A stretch of 64,000 bases of DNA. Source: Candidatus Bathycorpusculum sp. (GTDB lineage Archaea > Thermoproteota > Bathyarchaeia > Bathyarchaeales > Bathycorpusculaceae). The DNA lies in contig WRJX01000100.1 in NCBI GenBank assembly GCA_009778385.1, positions 2,802 through 66,801 of the forward strand. The letters run 5' to 3'. The translations under genes and the position numbers were made by a program. Positions 37,479 to 47,716 of the stretch are shown piece after piece (within the stretch, counting starts at the first letter, position 1; each line of letters opens with the position of its first letter). The notes under the pieces were generated by a model. That model worked only from the letters and a program-made list of their open reading frames with translations. It did not search any database and was not told the DNA's origin.

Positions 37479-37582
37479 ATTATTTTTCTCCCTAAGTTAA
37501 TGTGATGTATTTTGTATACTATGTTTTATTAGTAAAGCTTTATAAATTGTAAAGTGAGCCAAAATACACCAAGTGCAACCTT

Positions 37583-38011
37583 ATGAATTCTCCTTTAGCT
37601 TTAAGTGCTGAATTTCGTAAAATAGTGGAAGAACACGTGGATCGAATTATTCAGGGGATTGAGTCAACTCTATTTGAAATAATGGAAAAACAAAAAATTA
37701 CCCCTCAAGAAGTAAAAAATGAGCTTGACAGTCTGCAAGAGAACTTTAATGTTCTATTTCAAAAATGGAGTTTAGAAATCCTCTATACCCTTCTGCTTAA
37801 GAAAACCAGTGGGTTTGGTGGACTAAAAAAAGTTTTAGGGGTAAATTCACGTACCCTATCTGATAAGTTAAAATTGCTTCAAATGCACGGTTATATAGAG
37901 CGTAACGTGCAGACAGGACCGCCTTTGCGTGTGGTATACACACTTTCCTCTAAAGGTAAAAACACTGTGTTATTATCTTTGCCTTTGCTGTACTATTCAA
38001 CGGCTGTTTGA
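37583..38011 (+). CDS. HxlR-type winged-helix transcriptional regulator
   Basis: WSLEILYTLLLKKTSGFGGLKKVLG.NSRTLSDKLKLLQMHGYIERNV ... YTLSSKG matches the HxlR pattern. Divergent from the reductase gene. TATA-like CTTTATAAAT lies ~36 nt upstream. Confidence 0.75.
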   Translation: MNSPLALSAEFRKIVEEHVDRIIQGIESTLFEIMEKQKITPQEVKNELDSLQENFNVLFQKWSLEILYTLLLKKTSGFGGLKKVLGVNSRTLSDKLKLLQMHGYIERNVQTGPPLRVVYTLSSKGKNTVLLSLPLLYYSTAV

Positions 38012-38517
38012 GGTTTTTCAGATGTTTTCTTTTTGCTAACCCTTGGCAGACTGGTTGTTTCTTTTACAGTTTCAAAAACCATACATGTCAAAGTTTTCTG
38101 TAATCCACTAATACGTCTTAGTTTGTCTACGACGAATTTGCCTATAGCGTCAACGCTTTCAGCTCTAACTTTAACCAGTAAATCCCAATCACCTGTAATT
38201 ATGTGTACTTCTTGTACTTCTGAGAGTTTTACTATTTCCTCAGCTACGTCTCTTTGTGTGATTGGTGTTCCATCTTCTTTGTTTCCATATGAAACTGCAA
38301 CTAGAATGAAGGCGGCAGTTGACAAGTTTAGTTTTTCTGGGGAAAGTATGGCACGGTATTGTTTGATTACTCCTAGTTCTTCCATACGTTTTATTTTGGC
38401 AAAAACTGTGGTTATAGGGGTGTTAGTTTTTTTGGCTATTTGGTTAGCTGTTAGTTTGCTGTTTTCTTGGATTAAAAGCAGAATAGCTATGTCTTTGTCG
38501 TCAAGTTTAAGGCTCAT
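37993..38517 (-). CDS. Lrp/AsnC-family transcriptional regulator
   Basis: N-terminal HTH (LDDKDIAILLLIQENSKLTANQIAKKTNTPITTVFAKIKRMEELGVI) and a C-terminal RAM/ACT-like domain. Confidence 0.9.
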   Translation of the reverse strand: MSLKLDDKDIAILLLIQENSKLTANQIAKKTNTPITTVFAKIKRMEELGVIKQYRAILSPEKLNLSTAAFILVAVSYGNKEDGTPITQRDVAEEIVKLSEVQEVHIITGDWDLLVKVRAESVDAIGKFVVDKLRRISGLQKTLTCMVFETVKETTSLPRVSKKKTSEKPQTAVE

Positions 38518-38541
38518 ATGTAAATATTACAGGTTTCAAGT

Positions 38542-38559
38542 ATAAAAACATGTTTTTAT
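38542..38559. promoter_or_regulatory. 18-bp perfect palindrome in the Lrp/AsnC - asnA-like divergent spacer
   Basis: ATAAAAACATGTTTTTAT, perfectly self-complementary. Confidence 0.3.
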
Positions 38560-38644
38560 TGTAAATTAAACAATTTTTTTTATAAAAAATTTATTATCTT
38601 TACTGCAATACTTCATTATTTGAAAATTAGTTAAGTGAATAATA

Positions 38645-39619
38645 TTGACACCAAACGAATGTACGCCAACAATTGATCTGCCAAAATCGTTAGACCAATT
38701 AACAACACAAGAAATCGAAAGAAAAGCCTGCATAGGCAGAATAGCAACATACACCCTATGCAGTTTAACATCAACATACGTCAATCAAGGCTTCCAATGG
38801 CTCCTACCTGTAGTTTTAAGCCAAAGCACTGACCCGCTCTGGCCAGACCCAAGTGCATCAATTGAAAAAAGACTTGAAGTAGACATCTACGGAAAACCAG
38901 TGCGAACAATGGCAAGCATGATAGTCCACAAACTAATCGCAGCCTCAACTGCTTACCCTAAACTGTTCATTCTCTCACCAAACGTTCGCTTAGAAAAATC
39001 AGAACGCGGAAAAACCGGAAAACACATTTATGAATTCACACAACTTGACTTTGAAGCCAAAGATGCCACCTCAAAAGACGTTTTCTCACTAGTTGAAACA
39101 GTACTTTGCACTTTAGTTAAAGATTTAAAGAAAAACATGAAAGACGACTTAACAACTATTTGCCGCTTTGACGCAATCCCAACTATAGAGGGACCGTTTA
39201 AAATTTTTGATCGCGAAGACCTTGAAGCCAAATATGGTGCGACATGGGAGACTGATATCATTGCAGAAATCACTCAACCCGTTTGGATCACAAACATTCC
39301 ACGCGAGTTTTACGATTTTGAGGATTTTTCTACAGGTAGATGGGATAACTATGACTTGTTTATGCCGCAATTTGGAGAAATCCTTTCAGGTTCTAAACGC
39401 GAGTATGAGTATGACAAAATCACTGAAAAAATTGAACGTGATGGTGTAAGAAAAGAAAACTTTGCATTAATTATCAAAATGGCTAAAGAAGGTCGCTTAA
39501 AACCGACAGCTGGTGCAGGTATAGGTATTGAACGTTTGATTGGTTATCTTACAGGCGTAAAACATATCGCAGAGTGTCAACCTTTTCCAAGGGTACCTGG
39601 AATAGTACATGAACTATAA
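38645..39619 (+). CDS. class-II aaRS-like catalytic core without anticodon domain (archaeal AsnA-type asparagine synthetase candidate)
   Basis: Motif 2-like HIYEFTQLDFE and motif 3 GAGIGIERL. About 320 aa with no OB anticodon-binding domain. Start uncertain (TTG 38645). Confidence 0.7.
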   Translation: MTPNECTPTIDLPKSLDQLTTQEIERKACIGRIATYTLCSLTSTYVNQGFQWLLPVVLSQSTDPLWPDPSASIEKRLEVDIYGKPVRTMASMIVHKLIAASTAYPKLFILSPNVRLEKSERGKTGKHIYEFTQLDFEAKDATSKDVFSLVETVLCTLVKDLKKNMKDDLTTICRFDAIPTIEGPFKIFDREDLEAKYGATWETDIIAEITQPVWITNIPREFYDFEDFSTGRWDNYDLFMPQFGEILSGSKREYEYDKITEKIERDGVRKENFALIIKMAKEGRLKPTAGAGIGIERLIGYLTGVKHIAECQPFPRVPGIVHEL

Positions 39620-39634
39620 GTTTGAGGTAATGTT

Positions 39635-41515
39635 ATGAATCCGTATCTAGAAGCACTTCAACCTAAACTATCCCCAAAAGATTTTGAAAAATTAGCAGCA
39701 ATTGATAACCCAATTGTCCACGAATTCATCGCAAAAACTAGTGATTTATGCCATCCAGAGAAAATTTTCATTTGTAGCGACGCCGCTGAAGACATTGCAT
39801 ATGTCCGAAAACAAGCAATAGCCTGTGGTGAAGAGCAAGCTATACTTACTCTTCAAGGGCACACTGTGCATTTTGATGGTGAAAAAGATCAGGGTCGAGA
39901 CCGCCAAAACACCAAATACCTTGTGCCTCAAGGTGTCTCTTTAAGCAAAGCGCTTAACCAAATGGATCGGCAAGAGGGTTTAACTGAAGTTCGTAAAGAA
40001 CTCAGAGAGTTAATGATTGGTAAAACGATGATTGTTCGTTTCATTTCTCTGGGACCCAGAGATTCAGTTTTTACCATTTTAGGCTTACAATGCACTGACT
40101 CATGGTATGTTGCTCACTCAGAAGACCTGCTTTACAGGGCTGGATATGACCAATTTGTAAAAGCTGGACCAAAAAGCGATTTCCTTAAAGTCTTGCATTC
40201 AGCCGGTAATCTAACTGAAGAAATGGTAAGTGCCGAACCTGATAAAAAACGCATCTACATAGATTACATGGATAATACCATTTACAGTGTAAATACTCAA
40301 TATGCCGGCAATAGTGTTGGCTTTAAAAAACTAGCTTTCCGTCTTGCAATACGCAAGGCAAGCATTGAAGGCTGGCTGGCAGAACACATGTTGCTCATGG
40401 GTGTTTATGGTCCAAATAAACGTAAAACCTATTTTGCAGGGGCATTCCCAAGTGCATGCGGTAAAACCTCAACAGCAATGCTTCCAGGTGAGACTATTCT
40501 TGGTGATGATATTGCTTACATCCGTGAAATAGACAATGTTGCTCGTGCAGTTAACGTTGAAAATGGTATCTTTGGTATCATACAAGACGTAAATGAAAGA
40601 GATGATGCCCTAATCTGGAAAGTTCTAACAACCCCTGGCGAAGTTGTATTTTCTAATATTTTGGTAAAAGATGGCAAGCCCTACTGGCTGGGTATGGGTA
40701 AAGAGTTGCCAAAAGATGGTTTAAACTATACTGGTCAATGGTTTGAAGGTAAAAAAGACGAAACAGGCGCCGAAGTGCCAGTAGCACACAAAAACGCACG
40801 CTATGCTGTAACATTATCAGCTCTAGAAAACGTTGATCCTGAACTCAATAACCCTAACGGTGTAGTGTTAGGCGGTATAATGTATGGTGGAAGAGATGTA
40901 AAAGCATACGTTCCAGTTCAGCAAAGCTACAGTTGGGAACACGGCATCATAGCATATGGTGCATCATTGGAAACAGAAACCACTTTTGCAACAATCGGCA
41001 AAGAAGGCATTCCAGAAATTAACATGATGAGCATTCAAGACTTCATCTCAATTCCCCTAGGCAAAAACGTTGGCAACAATTTAGACTTTGGACGTAAACT
41101 CAAAAACCAACCCATAGTTTTTGGCGTGAATTATTTCTTACGCGGAATTGAGGACGGTAAATACCTTAACAGTCCACGTGACAAACACGTCTGGGTTAAA
41201 TGGATGGAGCTACGTGTCCACAACGAAGTTGACGCAATCAAGACACCTACAGGATTAATTCCAAAATATGACGACTTAAAGAAATTATTCAAAGAAGTAT
41301 TAGGCAAAGACTATGCAAAAGAAGACTACATCAAACAATTTACCATACGCGTACCCGAGAACCTCTCAAAAATCGAGCGTGTCTCCAAATTCTACCAAGA
41401 AAACGTTACTGATATACCACTAGAAATGTTTGGCCAACTCTACATGCAACGCGACCGACTACTAGAGGCACAAAAGAAATACGGCGACTATATCTCCCCC
41501 GAAAAATTCCAATAA
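39635..41515 (+). CDS. pckG: phosphoenolpyruvate carboxykinase (GTP)
   Basis: 626 aa. Kinase-1a FPSACGKTS, GDDIAY, NARY motifs. GAGGT Shine-Dalgarno. Starts 15 nt after the preceding stop. Confidence 0.92.
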   Translation: MNPYLEALQPKLSPKDFEKLAAIDNPIVHEFIAKTSDLCHPEKIFICSDAAEDIAYVRKQAIACGEEQAILTLQGHTVHFDGEKDQGRDRQNTKYLVPQGVSLSKALNQMDRQEGLTEVRKELRELMIGKTMIVRFISLGPRDSVFTILGLQCTDSWYVAHSEDLLYRAGYDQFVKAGPKSDFLKVLHSAGNLTEEMVSAEPDKKRIYIDYMDNTIYSVNTQYAGNSVGFKKLAFRLAIRKASIEGWLAEHMLLMGVYGPNKRKTYFAGAFPSACGKTSTAMLPGETILGDDIAYIREIDNVARAVNVENGIFGIIQDVNERDDALIWKVLTTPGEVVFSNILVKDGKPYWLGMGKELPKDGLNYTGQWFEGKKDETGAEVPVAHKNARYAVTLSALENVDPELNNPNGVVLGGIMYGGRDVKAYVPVQQSYSWEHGIIAYGASLETETTFATIGKEGIPEINMMSIQDFISIPLGKNVGNNLDFGRKLKNQPIVFGVNYFLRGIEDGKYLNSPRDKHVWVKWMELRVHNEVDAIKTPTGLIPKYDDLKKLFKEVLGKDYAKEDYIKQFTIRVPENLSKIERVSKFYQENVTDIPLEMFGQLYMQRDRLLEAQKKYGDYISPEKFQ

Positions 41516-41734
41516 ACCTTCACTCTGGGAAATTTCTTATTTTCCCACAACATTTTTTCCCAATTGGACAAATCATTAAAAGAAATACATTGATAAGTAA
41601 CATTCGTTTTTGCGGTTCCTACTTTTTAGAGTTTTAATAAGACATTGCCTTAATTCTTGCTTATTTTATGGCATATTCTTGATGTATAAAGAAAACGCTT
41701 AATTTTTCCTTCTGCTATTTTATAAACGATCTAT

Positions 41735-42343
41735 ATGCATGTTGAAACCTTTACTGTTGGTGTGCTTCAAACCAACTGTTATGTTGTGAATTGTACCGAA
41801 ACAAATGAAGCAATTATTATCGATCCGGGGCTGGATTTTGATGCTGAAGCCCAACCAATCTTTAACTATATTGATAAAGAAATGCTCAAAATAAAATTTA
41901 TAGTTAATACCCATGGGCACTCAGACCATATAAGGGGCGACAGCCTAATGCAGAAAGAATATGCAGTGCCTATCTGCATTCATGAGTTTGACGCTTCTTT
42001 TCTGAAATGCTTAGAAAAACCTGATGATGCATTAACTGATGTACTGCTCAAAGACGGCGACATAATCAAATTCGGAAATATCTGCCTAAAAGTTATGCAT
42101 ACACCGGGCCACACAATGGGTAGCATTTGTCTTATTGGTGACAAAAACATGTTTTCAGGCGATACCCTATTTGCAGGCAGCGTTGGCAGAACTGACTTTG
42201 CTGAGAGCTCACCAAAGGACATGAGTATAACGTTGAAAAAGTTGGCACTCTTACCTGATGACCTGCTTGTTTATCCGGGACATGACGAAGTCACTTTAAT
42301 GGGTCAAGAAAAGCATACGAATCCATTTTTAGTAGACTTATAA
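41735..42343 (+). CDS. MBL-fold metallo-hydrolase (glyoxalase II-like)
   Basis: NTHGHSDH motif, HTPGHT, a later D and H ligands (GDTLF, PGHD). Confidence 0.85.
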   Translation: MHVETFTVGVLQTNCYVVNCTETNEAIIIDPGLDFDAEAQPIFNYIDKEMLKIKFIVNTHGHSDHIRGDSLMQKEYAVPICIHEFDASFLKCLEKPDDALTDVLLKDGDIIKFGNICLKVMHTPGHTMGSICLIGDKNMFSGDTLFAGSVGRTDFAESSPKDMSITLKKLALLPDDLLVYPGHDEVTLMGQEKHTNPFLVDL

Positions 42344-42603
42344 CTATCTAATTTTTTATAAATTAGAACCTTTTTCTGATTTTACTCTTCGAATTTTTTC
42401 ATCTTATGATGTTAAACATAACCCTATTTATGCCATTCAAGTTTAAGTCAATCTACAGTTAGACATAGCGAAAGGGCTTGCTGCAAGGCCTGAAGAGTTT
42501 CACCCTTTTCCGCTGATTGCGAATAGTTATCATAATGTTTGCTGTTTGTGGTCAGCATAAACCAATGTCGAATGTACCTCTATATTATTGTTATAACGTG
42601 CTA

Positions 42604-43200
42604 TTAATGATGCAGCTCTATTTCTTCTCCAGGTTGAATAATTAGCTTATTTGGGGCTTCCCACTTTTGTGCCTTTGCCAAATCGAATAATGCGCCCGGT
42701 TTAACATGAATTAATATGTTATGTTTTGCTCCTACAAGTTTAGCGCATTCTGCCGCCTCTTTAGGACCCATGTTAAACTTTCCGTCGCCACAAAACAATG
42801 CATAGTCAATTTCTTGTTTAGCGAGTTCCTGCATTTGCTTTGTTTTCGAAGTATCGCCAGAGCAATAAATTCGAACACCATCGAGTGTGATAATATATCC
42901 AACGCAAGACTTGGAGCTGTGCATGAAATTTCGTGCCTCCGTTGCCTCAATTTCAATTCCGTTAAACGAAAAACTGTTATGCTTTTCTCCAGCCAAAGCT
43001 TCTTTATTTGTAATAACTCTGCAGCCCTCGTTTTGGGTAATCAATTCCAACTTGTTATGGTCATGGTGTCCGTGTGTGATGAGAACAATGTCAGCTGGCA
43101 CGTCATACCCTTCACCGGCATACGGGTCAACATATATTATCCGCCCGTCTTGTGCGGTTATACGATAACTTCCATGCCCTTGATATAATAGCTTTGCCAT
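42604..43200 (-). CDS. MBL-fold metal-dependent hydrolase (UPF0173-like)
   Basis: LITHGHHDHN motif, short beta-lactamase fold, 198 aa. Confidence 0.8.
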   Translation of the reverse strand: MAKLLYQGHGSYRITAQDGRIIYVDPYAGEGYDVPADIVLITHGHHDHNKLELITQNEGCRVITNKEALAGEKHNSFSFNGIEIEATEARNFMHSSKSCVGYIITLDGVRIYCSGDTSKTKQMQELAKQEIDYALFCGDGKFNMGPKEAAECAKLVGAKHNILIHVKPGALFDLAKAQKWEAPNKLIIQPGEEIELHH

Positions 43201-43307
43201 TTTTAATCAACCGCCGTTAACAATTATCAAACTCATTACATCATACTATTACTTAAAAGTTCATAAAAACTAAGGGCCACAATATGACGTGTCTGCGTAA
43301 TAGTGGC

Positions 43308-43619
43308 TTAAAGTTTTTCTTTTAATATTTGTTCTAATTGTTTGCTTCTTCTTTGGTAGGAGATTGAAGCTGCAATCATTAGTACTGCGCCAAAAAAGAT
43401 TGCTGACATAGCATATGTTTGGTATGAAAAAGGTGCTATTGCCGGTGCTGCTTCTTCTAAACCAATAGCATATGGAGTTTGATTTTGATTGCTTACTGGG
43501 TATGAATATAAAATTGAGCTTAACACGAAAAGAGTTATTGCAACAGTTAATAAGACCATTTCTTTTTTGAATCTCACTATTTTCCCTCTAAACTGGACCA
43601 TTGCTCTTTTTAATTTCAT
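43308..43619 (-). CDS. small two-TM membrane protein
   Basis: Two hydrophobic helices flanking a short loop. No family recognised. Confidence 0.4.
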   Translation of the reverse strand: MKLKRAMVQFRGKIVRFKKEMVLLTVAITLFVLSSILYSYPVSNQNQTPYAIGLEEAAPAIAPFSYQTYAMSAIFFGAVLMIAASISYQRRSKQLEQILKEKL

Positions 43620-43679
43620 TATATGTAGCAGGAAGGTTATTTTAGCTTTTTGGGAATAAGATTGTAGAAGGCGTTTTTA

Positions 43680-44762
43680 ATGTCGTTAAGCGAGTATAAA
43701 TATGAGTTACAAAATTTTCTAAATAAGGGACAAAGTAAACTTTTAAACGCTGTAGTGATGCCTGATTTTTTCTTAGATAGAATTTTAGACCTACCTTGGA
43801 CTGTTGACGAGTTTTCAACTGTTAACGCTGATGTTGTAAGTCGAAATGGTGGTAGTATAGACTGTATTTCTCAGATAGACCTCAAAGGTGGAAACGCTGT
43901 AAACACCGCTTCAGCTCTGGCTGCTTTAGGTATTAAAGTAACCCCCATACTTTGTACCAATGAATACGGTTTACACCTGTTAAATTACCATTTTAAATGG
44001 GGTATTGATTTGTCACACGTTAAAATTTTTCCCAAAGCTTCGGTGACTACTGCTTTTGAATTGAAAACTAACTTTGGAAAAGTTAATGTTATGCTTCGAG
44101 ATGTAGGTTCCCTTGCAGATTTTGGACCAAAAGACTTAGACGCTAAAGATTATGCTACAATTAACAATGCAGATTATGTTTGTCTGTTTAATTGGGCTGG
44201 AACCAAAACACATGGAACCGCCCTTGCTAAAAAAATTTTTGAAAAAACCAGGCAATTAGGTAAAGGTAAAACGTACTATGATACAGCTGACCCTATGCCA
44301 AATCGAGATGAAATTGCTTGTTTGATAACAGATGTTTTAGAAACAAGTAATGTGGATATGTTGAGTTTAAATGAAAATGAAGCTGTTACTTATGCTGTGT
44401 TGTTTGATAGTTCACTCAAAGAGAAGAGTTGTAAATTAAGTTTTGCTGATTTAGCCTTAGAGGCAGCACGTGTTTTAAGTAAACATTTTTCGGCACGTAT
44501 TGATTTGCATACAACTGCTTTTTCTGCCTCTCTTAAGCATGGTTCTGAAGTTGTTGTTCCCTCTTTCAAAGTTAACGCGATTCGAGCTACTGGTGCAGGA
44601 GATACTTGGAATGCAGGAAACATTTTTGGCGATGGGAACGGGCTTTCAGATGGCTGCCGATTAATGTTAGCAAACGCTGTTTCTGCATGTTACCTCTCCA
44701 ATCCTTCTGGTATGCATCCAAATTTGGATGTACTCACACATTTCATAAACGCCCAAGTGTAA
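43680..44762 (+). CDS. PfkB-family carbohydrate kinase
   Basis: The C-terminal TGAGDTWNAGNIFG matches the PfkB ATP/anion-hole motif, with an N-terminal GG dipeptide region (DLKGGNAVNTA). Confidence 0.7.
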   Translation: MSLSEYKYELQNFLNKGQSKLLNAVVMPDFFLDRILDLPWTVDEFSTVNADVVSRNGGSIDCISQIDLKGGNAVNTASALAALGIKVTPILCTNEYGLHLLNYHFKWGIDLSHVKIFPKASVTTAFELKTNFGKVNVMLRDVGSLADFGPKDLDAKDYATINNADYVCLFNWAGTKTHGTALAKKIFEKTRQLGKGKTYYDTADPMPNRDEIACLITDVLETSNVDMLSLNENEAVTYAVLFDSSLKEKSCKLSFADLALEAARVLSKHFSARIDLHTTAFSASLKHGSEVVVPSFKVNAIRATGAGDTWNAGNIFGDGNGLSDGCRLMLANAVSACYLSNPSGMHPNLDVLTHFINAQV

Positions 44763-44813
44763 GGTTAAGGTTTTTATGGTAATCCTCTTTAACTATGCCA
44801 TAGGTATTGACAG

Positions 44814-46172
44814 TTGGGTAAATTGTTTGGTAGCTCTGGAGTTCGCGGTTTAGTTAACGTTGACTTAACCCCTACTTTAGCATGTAGCGTTGGCTCAGCA
44901 GTAGCGACATATGCTAAAGCTAAACATGTCGTGGTAGCCCGTGATACAAGAGTTTCAGGTTGCATGCTTCAAAATGCTCTAGTTTCAGGTTTAATCTCCT
45001 GTGGGGTAACTGTTTATCTAGCTGGTATAGTGCCAACACCTGTTTTAGCGTATGCAACTCGCACTTCAGGTGTTGATGTTGGTTTTATGATAACTGCTTC
45101 ACATAACCCCCCACAGTATAATGGTATTAAAATTTTCAACCCTCAAACTCTCTCTTATGTGGATTCAGATCAAGATGCCGTAGAAAAAATCATTGCAGAA
45201 AACCATTATGCTCTATCTGACTGGCGATGTTTAGGGAAAACGGTTCTTTATGATGCGTATCCCCCGTATTTTGAGATGATTAAAAAAGCTGCTTCACTGC
45301 ATAAGGAATGGCATGTGGTTGTTGACCCTGGTTGTGGTGCTGCATACAGCATTGCTCCACAAATACTCAAATTAATAGGCTGTAGAGTAACTGCTTTAGA
45401 TGCTCAACCAGACGGACATTTCCCAGCTCGAACAAGTGAACCCACTGCTGAGTCTCTAACAAACCTCTCTAAAACTACTCGTGCTCTTGGTGCAGACCTG
45501 GGTATTGCCTTTGATGGTGATGCTGATCGTGTGGCTTTTGTGGATGAAAATGGTGTTTTTGTTAATTTTGACCGTTCTTTAGCAGCATACGGTGCTTATG
45601 CCTTAAAGCATGCCCGCGGAGGTGTGGTTGCAACAAATGTTGAGGCATCAATGTGTGTTGAAACGATGGCTAAACGTTTAGGTGGCAAAGTAGTGCGTAC
45701 AAAAGTTGGTGACATTTACCTTTCTGAAGCAATTAAACGTGACGGGGCCGTTTTCGGTGGAGAACCCTGTGGGGCTTGGGTACATCCGTTACAGCATTAC
45801 TGTCCCGACGGTCCTTTATCAGCAGCACTTTTCTTAAAAGCGTTAGAGACTGAGGGCAAGTCTGTTAGTGAATTTGTAGGTGAAGTACCCGAGTACATAA
45901 CGTTACGTGAAAACATCAAATGTCCAAACGAGATAAAAACAAAAATAGTCACAACGATTTCTGCAACAATAAAGGACAAATTTAGTAGTTACACAGACTT
46001 TTCAACTATAGACGGTGTAAGGTTAGCCCTTAAAGACAGTTGGCTACTAATTCGTGCATCCGGTACAGAACCCCTCATACGTATAACCGTTGAGGGCCAA
46101 TCAGCTGTTGTAGCAAAAGAATTAATGCATAAAGTTACTGCATTAATACGTGGACAAATTGAGGGGGCTTAA
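44814..46172 (+). CDS. glmM: phosphoglucosamine/phosphohexose mutase
   Basis: KLFGSSGVRG N-terminus, phosphoserine loop TASHNPPQYNGIK, metal loop FDGDADR. TTG start at the conserved N-terminus. Confidence 0.88.
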   Translation: MGKLFGSSGVRGLVNVDLTPTLACSVGSAVATYAKAKHVVVARDTRVSGCMLQNALVSGLISCGVTVYLAGIVPTPVLAYATRTSGVDVGFMITASHNPPQYNGIKIFNPQTLSYVDSDQDAVEKIIAENHYALSDWRCLGKTVLYDAYPPYFEMIKKAASLHKEWHVVVDPGCGAAYSIAPQILKLIGCRVTALDAQPDGHFPARTSEPTAESLTNLSKTTRALGADLGIAFDGDADRVAFVDENGVFVNFDRSLAAYGAYALKHARGGVVATNVEASMCVETMAKRLGGKVVRTKVGDIYLSEAIKRDGAVFGGEPCGAWVHPLQHYCPDGPLSAALFLKALETEGKSVSEFVGEVPEYITLRENIKCPNEIKTKIVTTISATIKDKFSSYTDFSTIDGVRLALKDSWLLIRASGTEPLIRITVEGQSAVVAKELMHKVTALIRGQIEGA

Positions 46173-46174
46173 AA

Positions 46175-47458
46175 ATGAAGGCGGTTTTATTAGCGGCTGG
46201 GGAAGGGCAAAGACTTCAACCCTTAACATCTACACGACCTAAGCATCTAATTACAGTGGCAGGTAAGCCAATTCTGCAGTTCTGTCTTGACGCAGTAAAA
46301 GTTGCAGGCATTACTGACATTATAATTGTTACCCGTTATATGAGTGACAAAATTAAAGCATATTTTGGAGATGGATCAAGTCAAGGTTTAAAAATCAGTT
46401 ATGTTGAGCAAAGGGAGCTCTTAGGCACAGGTAACGCAGCCACGGTTGCGGAGTCGTATGTTGATGACACGTTTGTGCTGGTTTATGGTGACCTGTTATT
46501 TGCACAGGATGCAGTAAAGCAAGTAGTTGATTTGTACAATGCGGCTAAGCCTGAAGCAGTTATGGCTGTTGTTCCGGTTGATAAACCCGAAAACTATGGT
46601 ATAATAGAGTTTGCTGACGGTAAAAAACTTAGACGTATCATAGAAAAACCTGAAGCTGGAAAAGCGCCCTCAAATCTGGCAAATGCTGGTATTTACGTGT
46701 TTTCAAATGAAATTTTTAAAAAACTTCAGTGCATTAAAAAATCTATGCGGGATGAATGGGAATTAACAGATGCTTTAACCATGTTAGCATCTGATGGCAA
46801 AACTGTGCTGGTTACAGAACTTGATAAGACTGCTTGGTTTGATGTGGGCCGACCTTGGGATTTGCTTGATGCAAACCTTTGGGCACTTAACCGCATGGAG
46901 TCCCAAGTCTTAGGTACAATAGAGCAGGGTGCTCATCTTGCTGGATCTGTTCACGTGGCTAAATCGGCAAGAATTCGTTCAGGTGCGTATATTGAAGGCC
47001 CAGTTTTTATTGATGAAGAAGCTGACATTGGACCAAACTGTTTTATCCGCTCAGGCACAAGTCTTGGCAAAAAAACCCGTATAGGTAACGCAGTTGAAAT
47101 CAAAAACAGCCTTATCATGAATGAAACCCACATTGGACATCTTTCATACGTCGGAGACAGTGTAATTGGTGAGAAATGCAATTTCGGCGCAGGCACAATA
47201 ACAGCAAACTTACGATTTGATGACGATAAAATCAAAATGACCATAAAAGATAAAGTAATGGATACCGGCAGACGTAAACTTGGTGTGGTTTTAGGTGACA
47301 ACGTGAAAACGGGAATTAAAGCATCATTTATGCCTGGCGTGAAAGTGGGTCCAAACACTTGGGTTGGGGCAAACTTTATGGTTACCCGCGACTTACCCAG
47401 CGATTCAATTGTACTGTTAAAGCAGCAAGAAAATATACAACCAAAGAAAGGGCAGTAG
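46175..47458 (+). CDS. bifunctional sugar-1-phosphate nucleotidylyltransferase/acetyltransferase (archaeal GlmU-like)
   Basis: N-terminal LLAAGEGQRLQPLTSTRPKHL, C-terminal left-handed beta-helix hexapeptide repeats. Starts 2 nt after the glmM stop. Confidence 0.85.
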   Translation: MKAVLLAAGEGQRLQPLTSTRPKHLITVAGKPILQFCLDAVKVAGITDIIIVTRYMSDKIKAYFGDGSSQGLKISYVEQRELLGTGNAATVAESYVDDTFVLVYGDLLFAQDAVKQVVDLYNAAKPEAVMAVVPVDKPENYGIIEFADGKKLRRIIEKPEAGKAPSNLANAGIYVFSNEIFKKLQCIKKSMRDEWELTDALTMLASDGKTVLVTELDKTAWFDVGRPWDLLDANLWALNRMESQVLGTIEQGAHLAGSVHVAKSARIRSGAYIEGPVFIDEEADIGPNCFIRSGTSLGKKTRIGNAVEIKNSLIMNETHIGHLSYVGDSVIGEKCNFGAGTITANLRFDDDKIKMTIKDKVMDTGRRKLGVVLGDNVKTGIKASFMPGVKVGPNTWVGANFMVTRDLPSDSIVLLKQQENIQPKKGQ

Positions 47459-47716
47459 CTCCCATTTAACAGCACCCATAGGAAGACTGATGTTGTTTAT
47501 AGCAACTTAACTTTTAGTTAACTATATACTATGTCTTAATACCTCTTTTATATTCATCTGAAAGTTGATAGCCATTTTCAAATATCTCTGTAGAAGGCGC
47601 TACCCGTCAGACTTGGGTGAAGAAATGCAGTAGTGAAAATATTGTTGTGTAGCAGTGTTTGAATTGTAAACCTTTAAACTTAGCAAGTTCCAATCACAAA
47701 ATAAGGAATAAACCTT

